A stretch of 64,000 nucleotides of DNA from Spirochaetia bacterium (GTDB taxonomy: Bacteria; Spirochaetota; Spirochaetia; UBA9216). The DNA lies in assembly GCA_965140585.1 (NCBI GenBank), contig OZ223269.1, positions 1,216,001 to 1,280,000 of the forward strand. Reading direction: 5' to 3'. Shown in pieces: positions 1 through 10,764 of the stretch (its first letter is position 1; every line of letters begins with the position of its first letter). Below the pieces are notes generated by a model, which saw only the letters and a list, made by a program, of their open reading frames with translations, did no database searches and was not told where the DNA came from. Position numbers and translations under genes: made by a program.

Positions 1-479
1 AAGAAGTTAAGCAGCAATGGGATGATATAAAGCTTAATGTAGAAGGAAGAATACATCATGATTCTGTTATGGATTCTCTTGCAAAGCATTTCCCCCCTCT
101 TTTAAAAGCTTATAAGATTCAGAAAAAAGCAGCTAAAAATAACTTTGAATGGGACACAATTGATGATGTTATTGTCAAGCTTGATGAAGAAGTTGACGAA
201 CTTAAACAGGCAGTCCAGAAAAATTCGGATGAAAATATTGAGGAAGAAATTGGAGACATTCTTTTTACTATTATAAATATATCAAGATATCTTAAAGTAG
301 ATCCATCTACTGCACTTTCAAAAACCAACTCAAAGTTTTTAGAACGCTTTAGATATATTGAATCTGAAGTAAAATCACAAAATAAAAAGATGTCCGAAAT
401 GTCTCTCGAACATCTTGATAAACTCTGGGATGAGGCAAAGTTAAAACAAACTGCTAATGATAAAGATCAAAGTAACTAA
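1..479 (+). CDS. mazG: MazG nucleoside triphosphate pyrophosphohydrolase, C-terminal part (5' end outside window)
   Basis: Frame open from base 3 (EVKQQWDDIK...). Motifs A-K-QKKAA..F-W, KL-EE-DE, EEEIGD-LF and N-KF--RF-YIE are typical of the MazG C-terminal domain. Confidence 0.9.
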   Translation, partial: EVKQQWDDIKLNVEGRIHHDSVMDSLAKHFPPLLKAYKIQKKAAKNNFEWDTIDDVIVKLDEEVDELKQAVQKNSDENIEEEIGDILFTIINISRYLKVDPSTALSKTNSKFLERFRYIESEVKSQNKKMSEMSLEHLDKLWDEAKLKQTANDKDQSN

Positions 480-2964
480 CCTGCTTATAGCTGTCTTTAT
501 CTCTCCAGTCTTCTGCAAGTGTAGATAATCTTCTAACCGTAAACTCTGAAATAAATATATTTGAGAAATTTTCGATTAGATATTTAACCGGATTAACAAT
601 TTTGACCTTCTCATCATAAAAATTCAAACCTGTTCTTAGAATAATATTTTTTTCCTGTAATTCAAATTTCAGATCATTGCTGTTCTCAAGAAAAGCCCTA
701 AGCTTTTCTATTTTTTCAGATTTCAAATCTTTTACAGCACTTATTTCATATATGCCGCCGGCATATACAGACATGGTAGATCTTGTCTTTTTACCGGTTG
801 CTTCATTTTCAATAAGTTTTACAACTTTACACCGTTCAATTTTTATTCCTTCAGGAAGAACACCGTTCAAACTTTCTTTGAAACTATTTTCAATAATTTC
901 AGTATTTACATTCTCTGAAAATATAAAATCTGCTGCGGCAATTTCTTCGTTTGAATATATCCCAAGAGAAACAGGATTTGCAAATTCCAGCACCGGCTTT
1001 GGATTAAAACCTTCAGTATAGCAAACATTAAGTCCGGCTCGAAGAAATGCCCTTTCAAAAACAGACATAATATTTATATGTGATAGATATACAGCAGATT
1101 TATTTTTAGTGAATGAAAATAATAGCTTATTCCTATTTTTAGGTTCTTCCTCTGATTTTTCCGATTCGTTTTCTATTATTTCATCTTCTGGCTTTTCAGC
1201 GTGAATCACTTCAGTAGTATCATTACAGCAGCCGCACAAATCATTACAGGGATTATTGCATGGATCTGTTATTTCACTACTGAAAGATTTCTCCAGTTCT
1301 CGCTTAAGAAATGCTTTCCCCACGTTTAAACTGATATCATCCCATGGTAGAGCATCTTCAGTATCTTTACCTTTAAATAAAATATCCATTTTAACATTAC
1401 AGTCTATAATTGCTTTTCTCCATGCATCACGGTCAATATACTCTTCCCACGCATCCAGCCTGGCTCCGTTATTGTAGGCATTTAGAATAATATCTGCAGC
1501 CGATTCATCTCCTCTGCTTATAATTCCTTCTATCATGGACATAAAAGGTGACTGATATCCAACCTTAAAAAATCTTGGTGGAAGAGCCTTTTTAATTTTC
1601 ATTATCCTTTCTAGAGCTTCTTCTTCAGTAAGCTGAAACGACCATTGATATGGAGTGTGCGGTTTAGGAATAAAGGTACCTAAATTAACATTAATTTGCA
1701 TCCTTGATTCCCGCCCTACTTTCCTTAGAAAATCTATAATATTATCGGTTTCTTCATCTTCCCTGAAGAAAGGAAGGCCAACCATAAAATAGAACTTCGC
1801 TTTATTCCAGCCAAATTTTTTAGCCTGAATTAGTATTTCAATAATCTTATCGGTAGTAACTTCTTTATTAAGCCCTCTCTGGTGAGCAATATCCGGAGTT
1901 TCTATTGCAAAAGTTAAGCCACTCTTACGTACTTTTGATATTTCATTTATTAGAGGCAATGTGAAACCGTTTACACGCATGGACGGAAAAGAAAAAGATA
2001 TTTTTCTATGGCTGAAAATATCATTCAAACGCCTACTGAGCGTCTGTATCTGTGTATAATCACCGCTGGACAGTGATGATAAAGTCATTTCACGATATCC
2101 GCAATTTTTAATTATGCTTTCAGCTTCATTTATGGTATTATTAACCGATTTTTCCCTGAATGGCCTATAATAAATTCCTGCATGACAGAATCTACAGCCA
2201 TTAGGACAGCCTCTCATAATCTCTATTACACCATTATCCTGGACAGTCTTTATTGAAGGAACAAGATATTTCATATCTGTAAGATTGCTACCGAAATCAC
2301 TCCAGACAGCCCTCTTGGTTTTTTCTTTTTTACCTGAAAACCATATAAATGGATTTTTATGTAAGATCCGTAGAATCTCGGACCGACATAACCCTTTTGT
2401 TTTTAAATTTTCAAGTTCTTTAATTAAAGACAAAAATTCAGATTCAGCTTCACCTATATATACTGCATCAATAAACTTTCCAAATGGCAAAGGATTAGTA
2501 ATTGCGGGCCCTCCTGCGATTACCACTGGATCTTCTTCAGTTCGTTCTGATGCTAAAACAGGAATACCGCTTAAAGATAAAATATTAAGCATGTTGGTAG
2601 CGGCTAGTTCATATCCAACTGTAAAAGCAAGAATATCAAAGTGTTTGACAGGAGTTCTTGTCTCTAGCGAAAACAATGGATATTTATCTTTCTTCAATGC
2701 CTGTTCCATATCCAGAGCAGGACAGAAAACCCGTTCACATGAGGTTTGAGTTTTTTTATTTATAATATTATACAGTATCTTTACAGCCTGATTCGACATT
2801 CCAATTTCATACAAATCTGGAAAACAGAGTGCAATTTTTAATAAATAATCAGCTTTTTTTATCGAATTATACTCACCGCCGGAATATCTGCCCGGGGAAG
2901 TCACATTTAACAGAATTTTCTTGAATTCAGCATCAGGAATTCTTTTGTTTGAGAAACTATTCAT
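454..2964 (-). CDS. TIGR03960-type B12-binding radical SAM protein fused to a TIGR03936 radical-SAM-linked domain
   Basis: FPDLYEIGMSN, RGCPNGCRFC (CxxxCxxC), and C-terminal YLSH...ERAFLRAGL..YTEGFNPKP. Located downstream of rodA as usual. Confidence 0.88.
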   Translation of the reverse strand: MNSFSNKRIPDAEFKKILLNVTSPGRYSGGEYNSIKKADYLLKIALCFPDLYEIGMSNQAVKILYNIINKKTQTSCERVFCPALDMEQALKKDKYPLFSLETRTPVKHFDILAFTVGYELAATNMLNILSLSGIPVLASERTEEDPVVIAGGPAITNPLPFGKFIDAVYIGEAESEFLSLIKELENLKTKGLCRSEILRILHKNPFIWFSGKKEKTKRAVWSDFGSNLTDMKYLVPSIKTVQDNGVIEIMRGCPNGCRFCHAGIYYRPFREKSVNNTINEAESIIKNCGYREMTLSSLSSGDYTQIQTLSRRLNDIFSHRKISFSFPSMRVNGFTLPLINEISKVRKSGLTFAIETPDIAHQRGLNKEVTTDKIIEILIQAKKFGWNKAKFYFMVGLPFFREDEETDNIIDFLRKVGRESRMQINVNLGTFIPKPHTPYQWSFQLTEEEALERIMKIKKALPPRFFKVGYQSPFMSMIEGIISRGDESAADIILNAYNNGARLDAWEEYIDRDAWRKAIIDCNVKMDILFKGKDTEDALPWDDISLNVGKAFLKRELEKSFSSEITDPCNNPCNDLCGCCNDTTEVIHAEKPEDEIIENESEKSEEEPKNRNKLLFSFTKNKSAVYLSHINIMSVFERAFLRAGLNVCYTEGFNPKPVLEFANPVSLGIYSNEEIAAADFIFSENVNTEIIENSFKESLNGVLPEGIKIERCKVVKLIENEATGKKTRSTMSVYAGGIYEISAVKDLKSEKIEKLRAFLENSNDLKFELQEKNIILRTGLNFYDEKVKIVNPVKYLIENFSNIFISEFTVRRLSTLAEDWRDKDSYKQVSYFDLYH

Positions 2965-2980
2965 AGAAATAAAACCTATA

Positions 2981-4294
2981 TCAGTATTTATATTTATGCA
3001 AGTAGATACTGGAGATAAGCCCCAGGGCTGTCATACTAGTCAGGATCGAAGACCCGCCATATGAGACCATCAAAAGTGGAATTCCGGTTACAGGCATTAT
3101 GCCCATAGCCATACCTATATTAACTATAAAGTGAAAGAACAGCATTCCAACTACGCCCACACCCAAATAAAGTGCAAATGCATCTTTCACCGATGTCATT
3201 ACAAAAAGAGTTCTAAGCATTATTACAAGAAACAGAACAAAAACGATAATACTACCAAGAAATCCCCATTCTTCAGCTATAATAGAGAAAATAAAATCGG
3301 TAGACTGCTGTGGAAGGTATCTGTAATGACTTTGAGTCCCCTGCAAAAACCCCTTTCCTAATGGTCCTCCGGAACCTACGGCAGTAATTGACTGAATAAC
3401 GTTCCATCCTGCTCCTTTAGGGTCTACCTGCGGATCCAAAAAAATAATAAGCCTTTTAAGCTGATAATCTTTAAGAAAATCTGATGCAATAAAAGTCATA
3501 CCGAGAGCTATGCACAAAATTAGAGCAAAATACCCAATCCAGTAAAAGTATGCTCTTTTATAAAATAGCAGACCTGCGCCGCTCAAAGCCGCTATTAAAG
3601 CTATAGAACCTATAACAATTAAGAGGATATGTTTTTCTGTTAAAATACGAGTAACCTTAAGATTCTTCTCAACGACAATATAACTATCCCATGCTGGTAT
3701 AAGGGTAAAAATTATAATGAAAATACCGGTTAAGAGTATAAAGAAAATGTATCGTCGTTTGATTCCAGCAGTAAATGAAATAACCAGAAAAATAGGCAGA
3801 TATACCAGAGCTGTACCCATATCCGGCTGTATAAGAACAAGCCCCATAGGGATTGCCATAAGAAGCAAGCCTAATAGAAATTTCACCAGATCATTATATT
3901 TTTTCTCATTCTTTTCATAAAAAGCTGCAAGCTGAATGATCAATGCAATTTTCATAAACTCGGAAGGTTGAAATCCAACGCCTTTAAAACTGATCCAGGA
4001 TCTGGCACCATTAACGATAGAACCGAAAGCTAAAACAATAACCAGCATAATTATCATTGCGTAATAAATCTGGCTACTGTAGCTTCGAAGTTTTTCATAG
4101 TCGAAAAATGAAACCAGCATATAAAAAATGAGACCAATAACACCCCATACTATCTGTTTAATATATTCATTATTCTGCAGAATCCCGTCCGAAGAAATCC
4201 CGCTGGAATATATAAAGATTATTCCTATAGTAACCAACGCGACTATTGAGAAAAAAATTATCAGATCAAATGCAAAAAAAGATTTTGATTTCAC
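2981..4294 (-). CDS. rodA: Rod shape-determining protein RodA (SEDS glycosyltransferase)
   Basis: GARSWI, FQPSEFMK, QPDMGTA, YLPQQSTDFIF, GIPLLMVSYGGSS. Follows PBP2. Confidence 0.95.
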   Translation of the reverse strand: MKSKSFFAFDLIIFFSIVALVTIGIIFIYSSGISSDGILQNNEYIKQIVWGVIGLIFYMLVSFFDYEKLRSYSSQIYYAMIIMLVIVLAFGSIVNGARSWISFKGVGFQPSEFMKIALIIQLAAFYEKNEKKYNDLVKFLLGLLLMAIPMGLVLIQPDMGTALVYLPIFLVISFTAGIKRRYIFFILLTGIFIIIFTLIPAWDSYIVVEKNLKVTRILTEKHILLIVIGSIALIAALSGAGLLFYKRAYFYWIGYFALILCIALGMTFIASDFLKDYQLKRLIIFLDPQVDPKGAGWNVIQSITAVGSGGPLGKGFLQGTQSHYRYLPQQSTDFIFSIIAEEWGFLGSIIVFVLFLVIMLRTLFVMTSVKDAFALYLGVGVVGMLFFHFIVNIGMAMGIMPVTGIPLLMVSYGGSSILTSMTALGLISSIYLHKYKY

Positions 4295-6150
4295 TCTTCA
4301 CGGTTCCTCAGTTCCTGAATATACCAGCGATATTTAAATTCTTCCAGTACTTCTTCATAATTCTGATCAGCAAATATTCCCTGAAAAATCATATCAGCTG
4401 CTTTTGGCCCCCACCATTCCCAATCATTCTTAGCTTCAACATTTACTACTACAACAACCTGGTCATCAGGATCTTCAGCATCATAAGGGCCGTATGCGGC
4501 AAACCAGGAGTCCCATTGTTCATCATATCCTGCCTGCCCGGTTCCAGTTTTTCCGGCTATCTCAACTGCTTTTGTCGTAATTACCCACCTTGCAGTACCT
4601 TCAGTAATTACTCCACGCATATACTCTTTTAAGGTTTGAAAAGTTTCTTTTCTGATATTGCTTGTTCTCAGAATTTCAGGTTCAACAGAGGATATAACCT
4701 CTCCGGTTGTAGAATCTGTCACCATTTTAAGAACATGGGGTTTATAGGCCACCCCTTCATTAACAATCATTGAAACTGCGTTGGCAAGCTGTAAGGGCGT
4801 TACATTCAGAGCTCCCTGCCCTATTGAGACATTCATGGTATCACCGCCGACCCAGATTGTATGATAAACTTCCTCTTTCCATTCTGGTGTAGGAACAAGC
4901 CCCTGAATTTCTCCAGGTAAATCAATTCCTGTAATCTGACCAAAACCGAAACGTCCGGCATAATCGGAAATCTTATCTATACCAAGGTAGTCTATGCCCA
5001 TTGTGTAAAAGAAGACATTACATGACTCTGCAAGTCCGTGAGCAAGATCAAGCGGACCATGACCGCTGAGCTTGTGACATTTAAATACTCTGTCTCCAAG
5101 CCGTTTTTCACCTGTACAATTTATTGTCTTATTTAGAGGAAAAGCTTCTTCTTCTAAAACTGCCGCAGTCATAAACATCTTAAAGGTGGAAGCGGGAGCA
5201 TATCCGGATTGAATACTGCGGTTTAAAAAAGGAAATCTGGAATCCAGAGACAGCCGATTGTATTCCCTGTTCCCTTCATCAGTGTAAAAAATATTAGGAT
5301 CATAATTAGGATATGAAACCATAGCCAGCACTTCACCGGTATTTGGTTTCAAAACCACAACAGAACCGAGTCGGTTACCAAGAGCTTTTTCACATAATAT
5401 CTGTATATCACGATCAAGAGTCAGAACAAGATTATTTCCGTTTTCCGGAGCTATAATCTGATAATCATCCTCGTCGATTCTCCGGCCCCTTACATCGACT
5501 GTTCTTAAACGGCTTCCATCTTTTCCCCGCAGCAGCATATCATACTGCTTTTCAACACCGCTTTTGCCGATTGTAGAATTCCTGTCATAACCTTTGTTAT
5601 AAAGGACCTGCAGATCCTCGCTTGTAATAGTTCCCACATAACCGATCACATGAGAAAAAGAACCGGTTTCCATGTATCCTCTAATTGGTTTGCTTTGCCA
5701 GCTTATTCCGGGAAATTCATTTATATGTTCTGCTATATAGGTTATAGTTTCGTACTGGACAGCTTCTTTCAGCTCCACAGCATAAAAACTTGGAGACCTG
5801 CCGGATGGAAGTTTTTTTCGAAGTTCATCTTCATTATATCCTAGAAACTTTACAAGATTGGTTATAAGAAGTTCCCTATCATTGTCTGTAAGCTCTCCTG
5901 GAACAGTATACAATGCAAAAGATGGTATATTCATAACCAGAGGAACATCCCTGTTACGGTCATAAATTTCACCCCTCTGGGCGTGAATAACAGCCTGTCT
6001 GCTGGCTACATCCCTGGCTCGTTTTTCATATTCACTGAAGTTCACAATCTGCATTGTTCCCAGGAAAACTGCATAAACAATAACTGATGCAGATACGAGA
6101 AACATTAGAAACAGTATTCTGTATTTTGGAACTATAAAATTCTGAGGCAT
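4291..6150 (-). CDS. mrdA: Penicillin-binding protein 2
   Basis: RGEIYDRN, STFK (SxxK), SCN (SxN), KTG motifs; within the mre operon. Confidence 0.95.
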   Translation of the reverse strand: MPQNFIVPKYRILFLMFLVSASVIVYAVFLGTMQIVNFSEYEKRARDVASRQAVIHAQRGEIYDRNRDVPLVMNIPSFALYTVPGELTDNDRELLITNLVKFLGYNEDELRKKLPSGRSPSFYAVELKEAVQYETITYIAEHINEFPGISWQSKPIRGYMETGSFSHVIGYVGTITSEDLQVLYNKGYDRNSTIGKSGVEKQYDMLLRGKDGSRLRTVDVRGRRIDEDDYQIIAPENGNNLVLTLDRDIQILCEKALGNRLGSVVVLKPNTGEVLAMVSYPNYDPNIFYTDEGNREYNRLSLDSRFPFLNRSIQSGYAPASTFKMFMTAAVLEEEAFPLNKTINCTGEKRLGDRVFKCHKLSGHGPLDLAHGLAESCNVFFYTMGIDYLGIDKISDYAGRFGFGQITGIDLPGEIQGLVPTPEWKEEVYHTIWVGGDTMNVSIGQGALNVTPLQLANAVSMIVNEGVAYKPHVLKMVTDSTTGEVISSVEPEILRTSNIRKETFQTLKEYMRGVITEGTARWVITTKAVEIAGKTGTGQAGYDEQWDSWFAAYGPYDAEDPDDQVVVVVNVEAKNDWEWWGPKAADMIFQGIFADQNYEEVLEEFKYRWYIQELRNREE

Positions 6151-6656
6151 TAATACTCATCCCGTTCATTAATACGGTACAGCTTTACAGCTTTCAGTAA
6201 AGCAAAAATAAACGGTGCCAGAAAAGCATTGAAACCAAGCTCTATAAGAAATTCATGCGAGAAGAAACTGACGCCTGATTCAGGAATAAAAATTACTGTA
6301 ATAAAGTATCCGCAAATTTGTTTGACTACAGTTGCAGATATTATAAAAAGCACTGGCATCAAAATACTGTCAAGAAAAAGTTTACCTTTGATTTTACCGA
6401 ATGAAAAACCGATTATCATTCTAGAAAAAATATGAAACCCGAGCGGACTGGAACTAAGAAGGTCCATAATCAACCCGGCTATCAAGCCTGTCATCTGGCC
6501 GCGTATCGAGCCCATATTATTTGACATAAAAACGAGCACAATTAATGCCAGATCCGGCTTTATGCCGTTTATCCCTAGTTTACTGAATACTGTGGATTGC
6601 AGAATGATAAATACGGCAATAAGCAAAGTACTTATGATGAAAGTTCTATTTCTCAA
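6150..6656 (-). CDS. mreD: Rod shape-determining protein MreD
   Basis: Hydrophobic 168 aa with KPDLALI, between mreC and mrdA. Confidence 0.9.
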   Translation of the reverse strand: MRNRTFIISTLLIAVFIILQSTVFSKLGINGIKPDLALIVLVFMSNNMGSIRGQMTGLIAGLIMDLLSSSPLGFHIFSRMIIGFSFGKIKGKLFLDSILMPVLFIISATVVKQICGYFITVIFIPESGVSFFSHEFLIELGFNAFLAPFIFALLKAVKLYRINERDEY

Positions 6657-7504
6657 TTTTCAGTATCCCCGTTTAAAATATAAACGTATTCAAGTCTCGT
6701 AAAATCTATTATCGGCTCAATTTCGAGCTGGAGTGAAGTATCCCATTCTTTCCCCTCAATAGCTATAACTCTACCTATATAGATGCCTTTTGGATATATT
6801 GATTTCATACCTGATGTAATAACATAATCGTTATATTGTATTTCTTCTCTTGCTCTTTTCTTGACATAGTTCATCAGCAGAGTTTCATTTTCATTGCCTG
6901 CACCGCTTATCAAGCCTTCATATCGAGCTGTCATAAGCCGTGCTGAGACGTAGGTTGATGTATCGTATATTGGAAGAACTTTTGAATTCTGTAAACCAAC
7001 CTCAACTATCTTACCTACAAGACCGTGATAACCATCCTGTAGGGCTATCACAGGCATATCCTTCCTAATCCCGTCACGGGATCCTTTATTAATATTTATT
7101 GTGTTGAATTCGTTGCCTGGATCTTTGCCAATAACCTCAGCCGGTATATTTACAAGAGTTGAGTTCTTGGAAAAACCCAGTTGTTCTCTAAGTGAAGTAT
7201 TTTCTTTGGTAAGCTCTGCAATATTTCTCTCAATTTCCTGATATTCCACAATTTTTGATTGGAGGTCATCATAACTTTTTTTAAGCTCCTTTAATTCATT
7301 AATTGAATTAACTGTGTTGGAGAAAAAAGATCCTGTGGAATGAAGAGCATTCTGAAATACAGAGATAACTGTAAAACCTGCCTGTCTCGGATTAATGAGA
7401 CCTCCCCCGCTACTGATATTCAGAACTATCAGATTGACAATGAGGAGAAGGATGAGAAGGTTTAAGTCCTTATGCTTTTTTATAAAATTTATAAACTCTG
7501 ACAT
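6653..7504 (-). CDS. mreC: Rod shape-determining protein MreC
   Basis: N-terminal TM, coiled coil, INKGSRDGI, GLVGKI, VITSG...YPKGIYIG. Confidence 0.93.
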   Translation of the reverse strand: MSEFINFIKKHKDLNLLILLLIVNLIVLNISSGGGLINPRQAGFTVISVFQNALHSTGSFFSNTVNSINELKELKKSYDDLQSKIVEYQEIERNIAELTKENTSLREQLGFSKNSTLVNIPAEVIGKDPGNEFNTININKGSRDGIRKDMPVIALQDGYHGLVGKIVEVGLQNSKVLPIYDTSTYVSARLMTARYEGLISGAGNENETLLMNYVKKRAREEIQYNDYVITSGMKSIYPKGIYIGRVIAIEGKEWDTSLQLEIEPIIDFTRLEYVYILNGDTEN

Positions 7505-7513
7505 CAACTCTTA

Positions 7514-8551
7514 TCAGTTGAGACTGTTATATATCGTTCTGCTTGAGAGATCTTTAGTATGTTCATAGTACATTCCTGCACCCTTTGCCACACATAGTAA
7601 AGGATCTTCAGCAAGGATTACCGGTACACCTGTTTCTTTGGATATAAGTTTCGGCATTCCTTTAAGCAGCGAACCGCCTCCGGTCATTACAATTCCTCTT
7701 TCTACTATATCAGCTGCCAGCTCAGGAGGTGTTTGACCTAGAGTACTTTTAATTTCTTCAATAATCCCGTTTATGGGCTCCTGAAGAGCTTCACGAACTT
7801 CAACTGAATCTATTTCAAGCCGTCTCGGAAGACCTGTAATTGCATCTGTGCCTTTAATTTCCATCTTTTCAATTTTTTTATCGGGAGAAGCATTACCAAT
7901 CTTAATTTTTAGATTTTCAGCTGTCTGCTCGCCTACTATCAGGTTATGAACATTCCTGACATGCTTGATAATTGCCTCATCAAACTCATCACCACCGATT
8001 CTGATAGCTTTTGTTACAACCATTCCGCCAAGTGATATAACCGAAATTTCAGTGGTACCGCCACCGATATCACAGACCATATGTCCGGCAGGTTCAAAAA
8101 TCGGCATGTTTGCACCAATTGCAGCTGCAAGTGATTCTTCAATTACCTTTACTTCACGGGCACCGGCTTTAAGTGCACATTCCTCAACAGCTCTTCTTTC
8201 AACTTCAGTAATACAGGTTGGAACACCAATAACCATTCTAGGTTTAACAAAAAGTCTTTTAGGTATTACTCTTGAAAGAAAATATCTTATCATTTTTTCA
8301 GTTGTTTCAAGATCGGCAATTACTCCGTCCCGGAGCGGTCTTATGGCAATAATATCTCCCGGAGTCTTCCACAACATTTTTTTTGCCTCTGTTCCTACAG
8401 CAACAACCTTTTTGGTGCCTCTTTCTACTGCAACAACGGAGGGTTCAGAGATTACAATCCCTTTTCCTCTTACATGAACAAGTGTATTACAAGTTCCTAA
8501 ATCTATACCAATATCTGATGAAAATGCATCTGCAAATTTACCAAGCCCCAT
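7514..8551 (-). CDS. mreB: Actin-like rod shape-determining protein MreB
   Basis: [36 protein letters not shown] at 8551 follows GGAGG. Confidence 0.97.
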   Translation of the reverse strand: MGLGKFADAFSSDIGIDLGTCNTLVHVRGKGIVISEPSVVAVERGTKKVVAVGTEAKKMLWKTPGDIIAIRPLRDGVIADLETTEKMIRYFLSRVIPKRLFVKPRMVIGVPTCITEVERRAVEECALKAGAREVKVIEESLAAAIGANMPIFEPAGHMVCDIGGGTTEISVISLGGMVVTKAIRIGGDEFDEAIIKHVRNVHNLIVGEQTAENLKIKIGNASPDKKIEKMEIKGTDAITGLPRRLEIDSVEVREALQEPINGIIEEIKSTLGQTPPELAADIVERGIVMTGGGSLLKGMPKLISKETGVPVILAEDPLLCVAKGAGMYYEHTKDLSSRTIYNSLN

Positions 8552-8568
8552 TATGACCTCCCAAAGCT

Positions 8569-9528
8569 TCAATTAACCGGATAAAGTTTCAATTTTGCAC
8601 CGTAATGATATGAATCAATTTCAAGACATTTTCGCCATTCATATCTGGCTTTTGCAGTATCACCCATTTTTTCATATATCTCACCAAGATAATAATGAGC
8701 ATCAGCCGCCTTCTCATTTTTTTCAATAATCTTACGGTATTCTTCTTCTGCCTTTAGAAATTCTTCCTTTTCAATGTATATATTGCCAAGCAGATATCTT
8801 GCTTTCTGCTCAACATTGAAATCGGTTGTTTTATTAAGCGTCCAGATTAAATATTCTTCCGCATCATCAATTTTCCCCATCTGGTTATAAGTCTGGGCAA
8901 GAACCAGATAAAGCATATCGGAAGGTTTTTCATCAATCGCTTTTTTATAATATTCTGAACTTAGTTCGTACTGACCAAGCTTGGAATACAACAACCCTAA
9001 ATACTCGAAAGTATCTTCTCCAGTATAACCATCTTCAACAGATTCTTCCAGATATTTTATAGAAAGATCTGTATAGAACTTTCCTTTTTGAAAATAGCAT
9101 TTACCGATGATGTAATTAATTTTGCCATCAATTTCAGTTTCTTTCAACAGAAGCGATTTTCTTAGATTTATAAGCGCGTCATCAAACAGTGGAATCTTTT
9201 CTTCAAGTGAAAATTGTGCTGCTCCGCGATAAAAATAAGAAAAGCCATTATATATAAGGGCTTTCTGATTCATGGGATCTTCTTTAAGGATTAGTTCACA
9301 TTTTTCATTAATCTGTTCGTAGTGTTTGTTTTCCCATAAAAGTTCAATAGTCTGTTCGTTATTCTGGGAAGGAGCTGAGCCAAGGATATTATTACCAATT
9401 CCGTTTTTAAATAGAGCGAAGCCTAAACCTGCAATAACTATCACAGCGATTACTATAATTATAATACGAGGCAGAATGCCGGACTGCTTTCTGCTGTTAA
9501 ATTTATATCTGTCTCCAGGTAGAATCAT
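8569..9528 (-). CDS. Membrane-anchored tetratricopeptide-repeat protein
   Basis: N-terminal TM followed by multiple TPR-like helices (e.g. [13 protein letters not shown]). Confidence 0.8.
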   Translation of the reverse strand: MILPGDRYKFNSRKQSGILPRIIIIVIAVIVIAGLGFALFKNGIGNNILGSAPSQNNEQTIELLWENKHYEQINEKCELILKEDPMNQKALIYNGFSYFYRGAAQFSLEEKIPLFDDALINLRKSLLLKETEIDGKINYIIGKCYFQKGKFYTDLSIKYLEESVEDGYTGEDTFEYLGLLYSKLGQYELSSEYYKKAIDEKPSDMLYLVLAQTYNQMGKIDDAEEYLIWTLNKTTDFNVEQKARYLLGNIYIEKEEFLKAEEEYRKIIEKNEKAADAHYYLGEIYEKMGDTAKARYEWRKCLEIDSYHYGAKLKLYPVN

Positions 9529-9549
9529 TTTATAGCCTTTTTATATAAA

Positions 9550-9882
9550 GACGGACCTATAAGCCGGGTTTTGTCTAGGATAACCATCTATCTAAATCTG
9601 ACATTACTGACAGACTTCAGCAGTTTACCCGCAGATTAGGCGAACAACCCTCTGCTGCTTAACTTTGCTCCAGGTGAGGTTTACCATGCCCTTTACGTCA
9701 CCATAAAGGCGGTGGGCTCTTACTCCGCCATTTCACCCTTACCCGGCATACCGGGCGGTATATTTTCTGTGGCACTTTCTGTAAAAAACTGTAAACAGTT
9801 TTCCCCCGGCTATTATCCGGCACCCTGTTCTGTGGAGCCCGGACTTTCCTCCCTGAATTTAAGGGCGGCTATCCGGTCCGTC
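9550..9882 (-). ncRNA. rnpB: RNase P RNA (bacterial type A)
   Basis: Minus strand has GAGGAAAGTCCGGGCTCC near the 5' end, AGTGCCACAGAAAA, GGTAAACC, and ACAAAACCCGGCTTAT at the 3' end. Termini GACGGAC/GTCCGTC pair as P1. Confidence 0.97.
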
Positions 9883-9888
9883 AAATAA

Positions 9889-9917
9889 ATATTAACACAT
9901 CAAAATTGGTTTGCCAA
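9889..9917 (-). promoter_or_regulatory. Putative sigma70 promoter of rnpB
   Basis: TTGGCA-N17-TAATAT, placing +1 close to 9882. Confidence 0.6.
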
Positions 9918-9942
9918 TTAAAGATTGATACTATGCAATTAC

Positions 9943-10749
9943 CTAGAAATCATCGTCATCATCGTCGTCTTCAAGATCGGCAAGACCTTCTGAATCATCA
10001 TCACTGAAGAGGCTCAGATCGTCCTTATCCTCATCGGCATCAATCGCTTCATAAAAAAGAATTCTGCTGCAGTAGGGGCAGAAATGTATATCTTCACCTT
10101 CCCTTACTTCATTAACGAACTGAGCAGGAAGAATCATATGGCAGCCTGAGCATACAGATTTTCTTACAGGAACTATACCAACACCTGATTTACTTCGAAT
10201 GATTCTTTCAAACTTAAAAAGAATTTCCTCATCCATATCAGGAGTAGTACTTTTTTCCATTTCTTCCAGTTCGATAAGTCTCTGACGTTTATCTTCACTT
10301 TCATTCTTGTTTTTCTCTTCTTCAGCAGAAAGTTCCTCTTCCTGCTGTTTGATGAGTTTTTCATCACGTTCAAGCAGATACTGAAATTCTTCAAGATCTT
10401 TTTCGGATTTAATTATATCCTTTCTGCATTCCTGTTCTTTTTCAGTAGCATCCTTGATTTCCTTATCAAGAATTTCGTACTCACGCTGGGTTTTAATTTC
10501 GTCCATCTGCTTTTCATATTTTTCCCGCAGACTTTCAGCTTCAGCGAGTCTGACACGCAGATTAGCAATTTTCTTTTTAGTTGCTTCTACCTTTTCATTC
10601 TTTTCGATATATGTTTTTTTAAGACGATTAAGAAGCTCATTCTTAGTAACCATCGCCTTGGGAATTTCCTGAATATCTCTCTCAATTTCAAATTTCTGTG
10701 AGAGAATATCCTGAAGCTCTTTCAGTTTGTCGAAGATATCTGTTTGCAT
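9943..10749 (-). CDS. Coiled-coil C4-type zinc-ribbon protein (DUF164; HP0958/CT398 family)
   Basis: Long coiled coil, CSGCHM...CPYCSRIL, acidic tail; downstream of rpoD. Confidence 0.88.
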   Translation of the reverse strand: MQTDIFDKLKELQDILSQKFEIERDIQEIPKAMVTKNELLNRLKKTYIEKNEKVEATKKKIANLRVRLAEAESLREKYEKQMDEIKTQREYEILDKEIKDATEKEQECRKDIIKSEKDLEEFQYLLERDEKLIKQQEEELSAEEEKNKNESEDKRQRLIELEEMEKSTTPDMDEEILFKFERIIRSKSGVGIVPVRKSVCSGCHMILPAQFVNEVREGEDIHFCPYCSRILFYEAIDADEDKDDLSLFSDDDSEGLADLEDDDDDDDF

Positions 10750-10764
10750 ACGGCAACCCCTCTG

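Noticed and set aside
1-3000. Visibly more AT-rich sequence at the window start
   Set aside because: It encodes core genes in expected synteny, and I cannot quantify the composition; no sign of foreign DNA.
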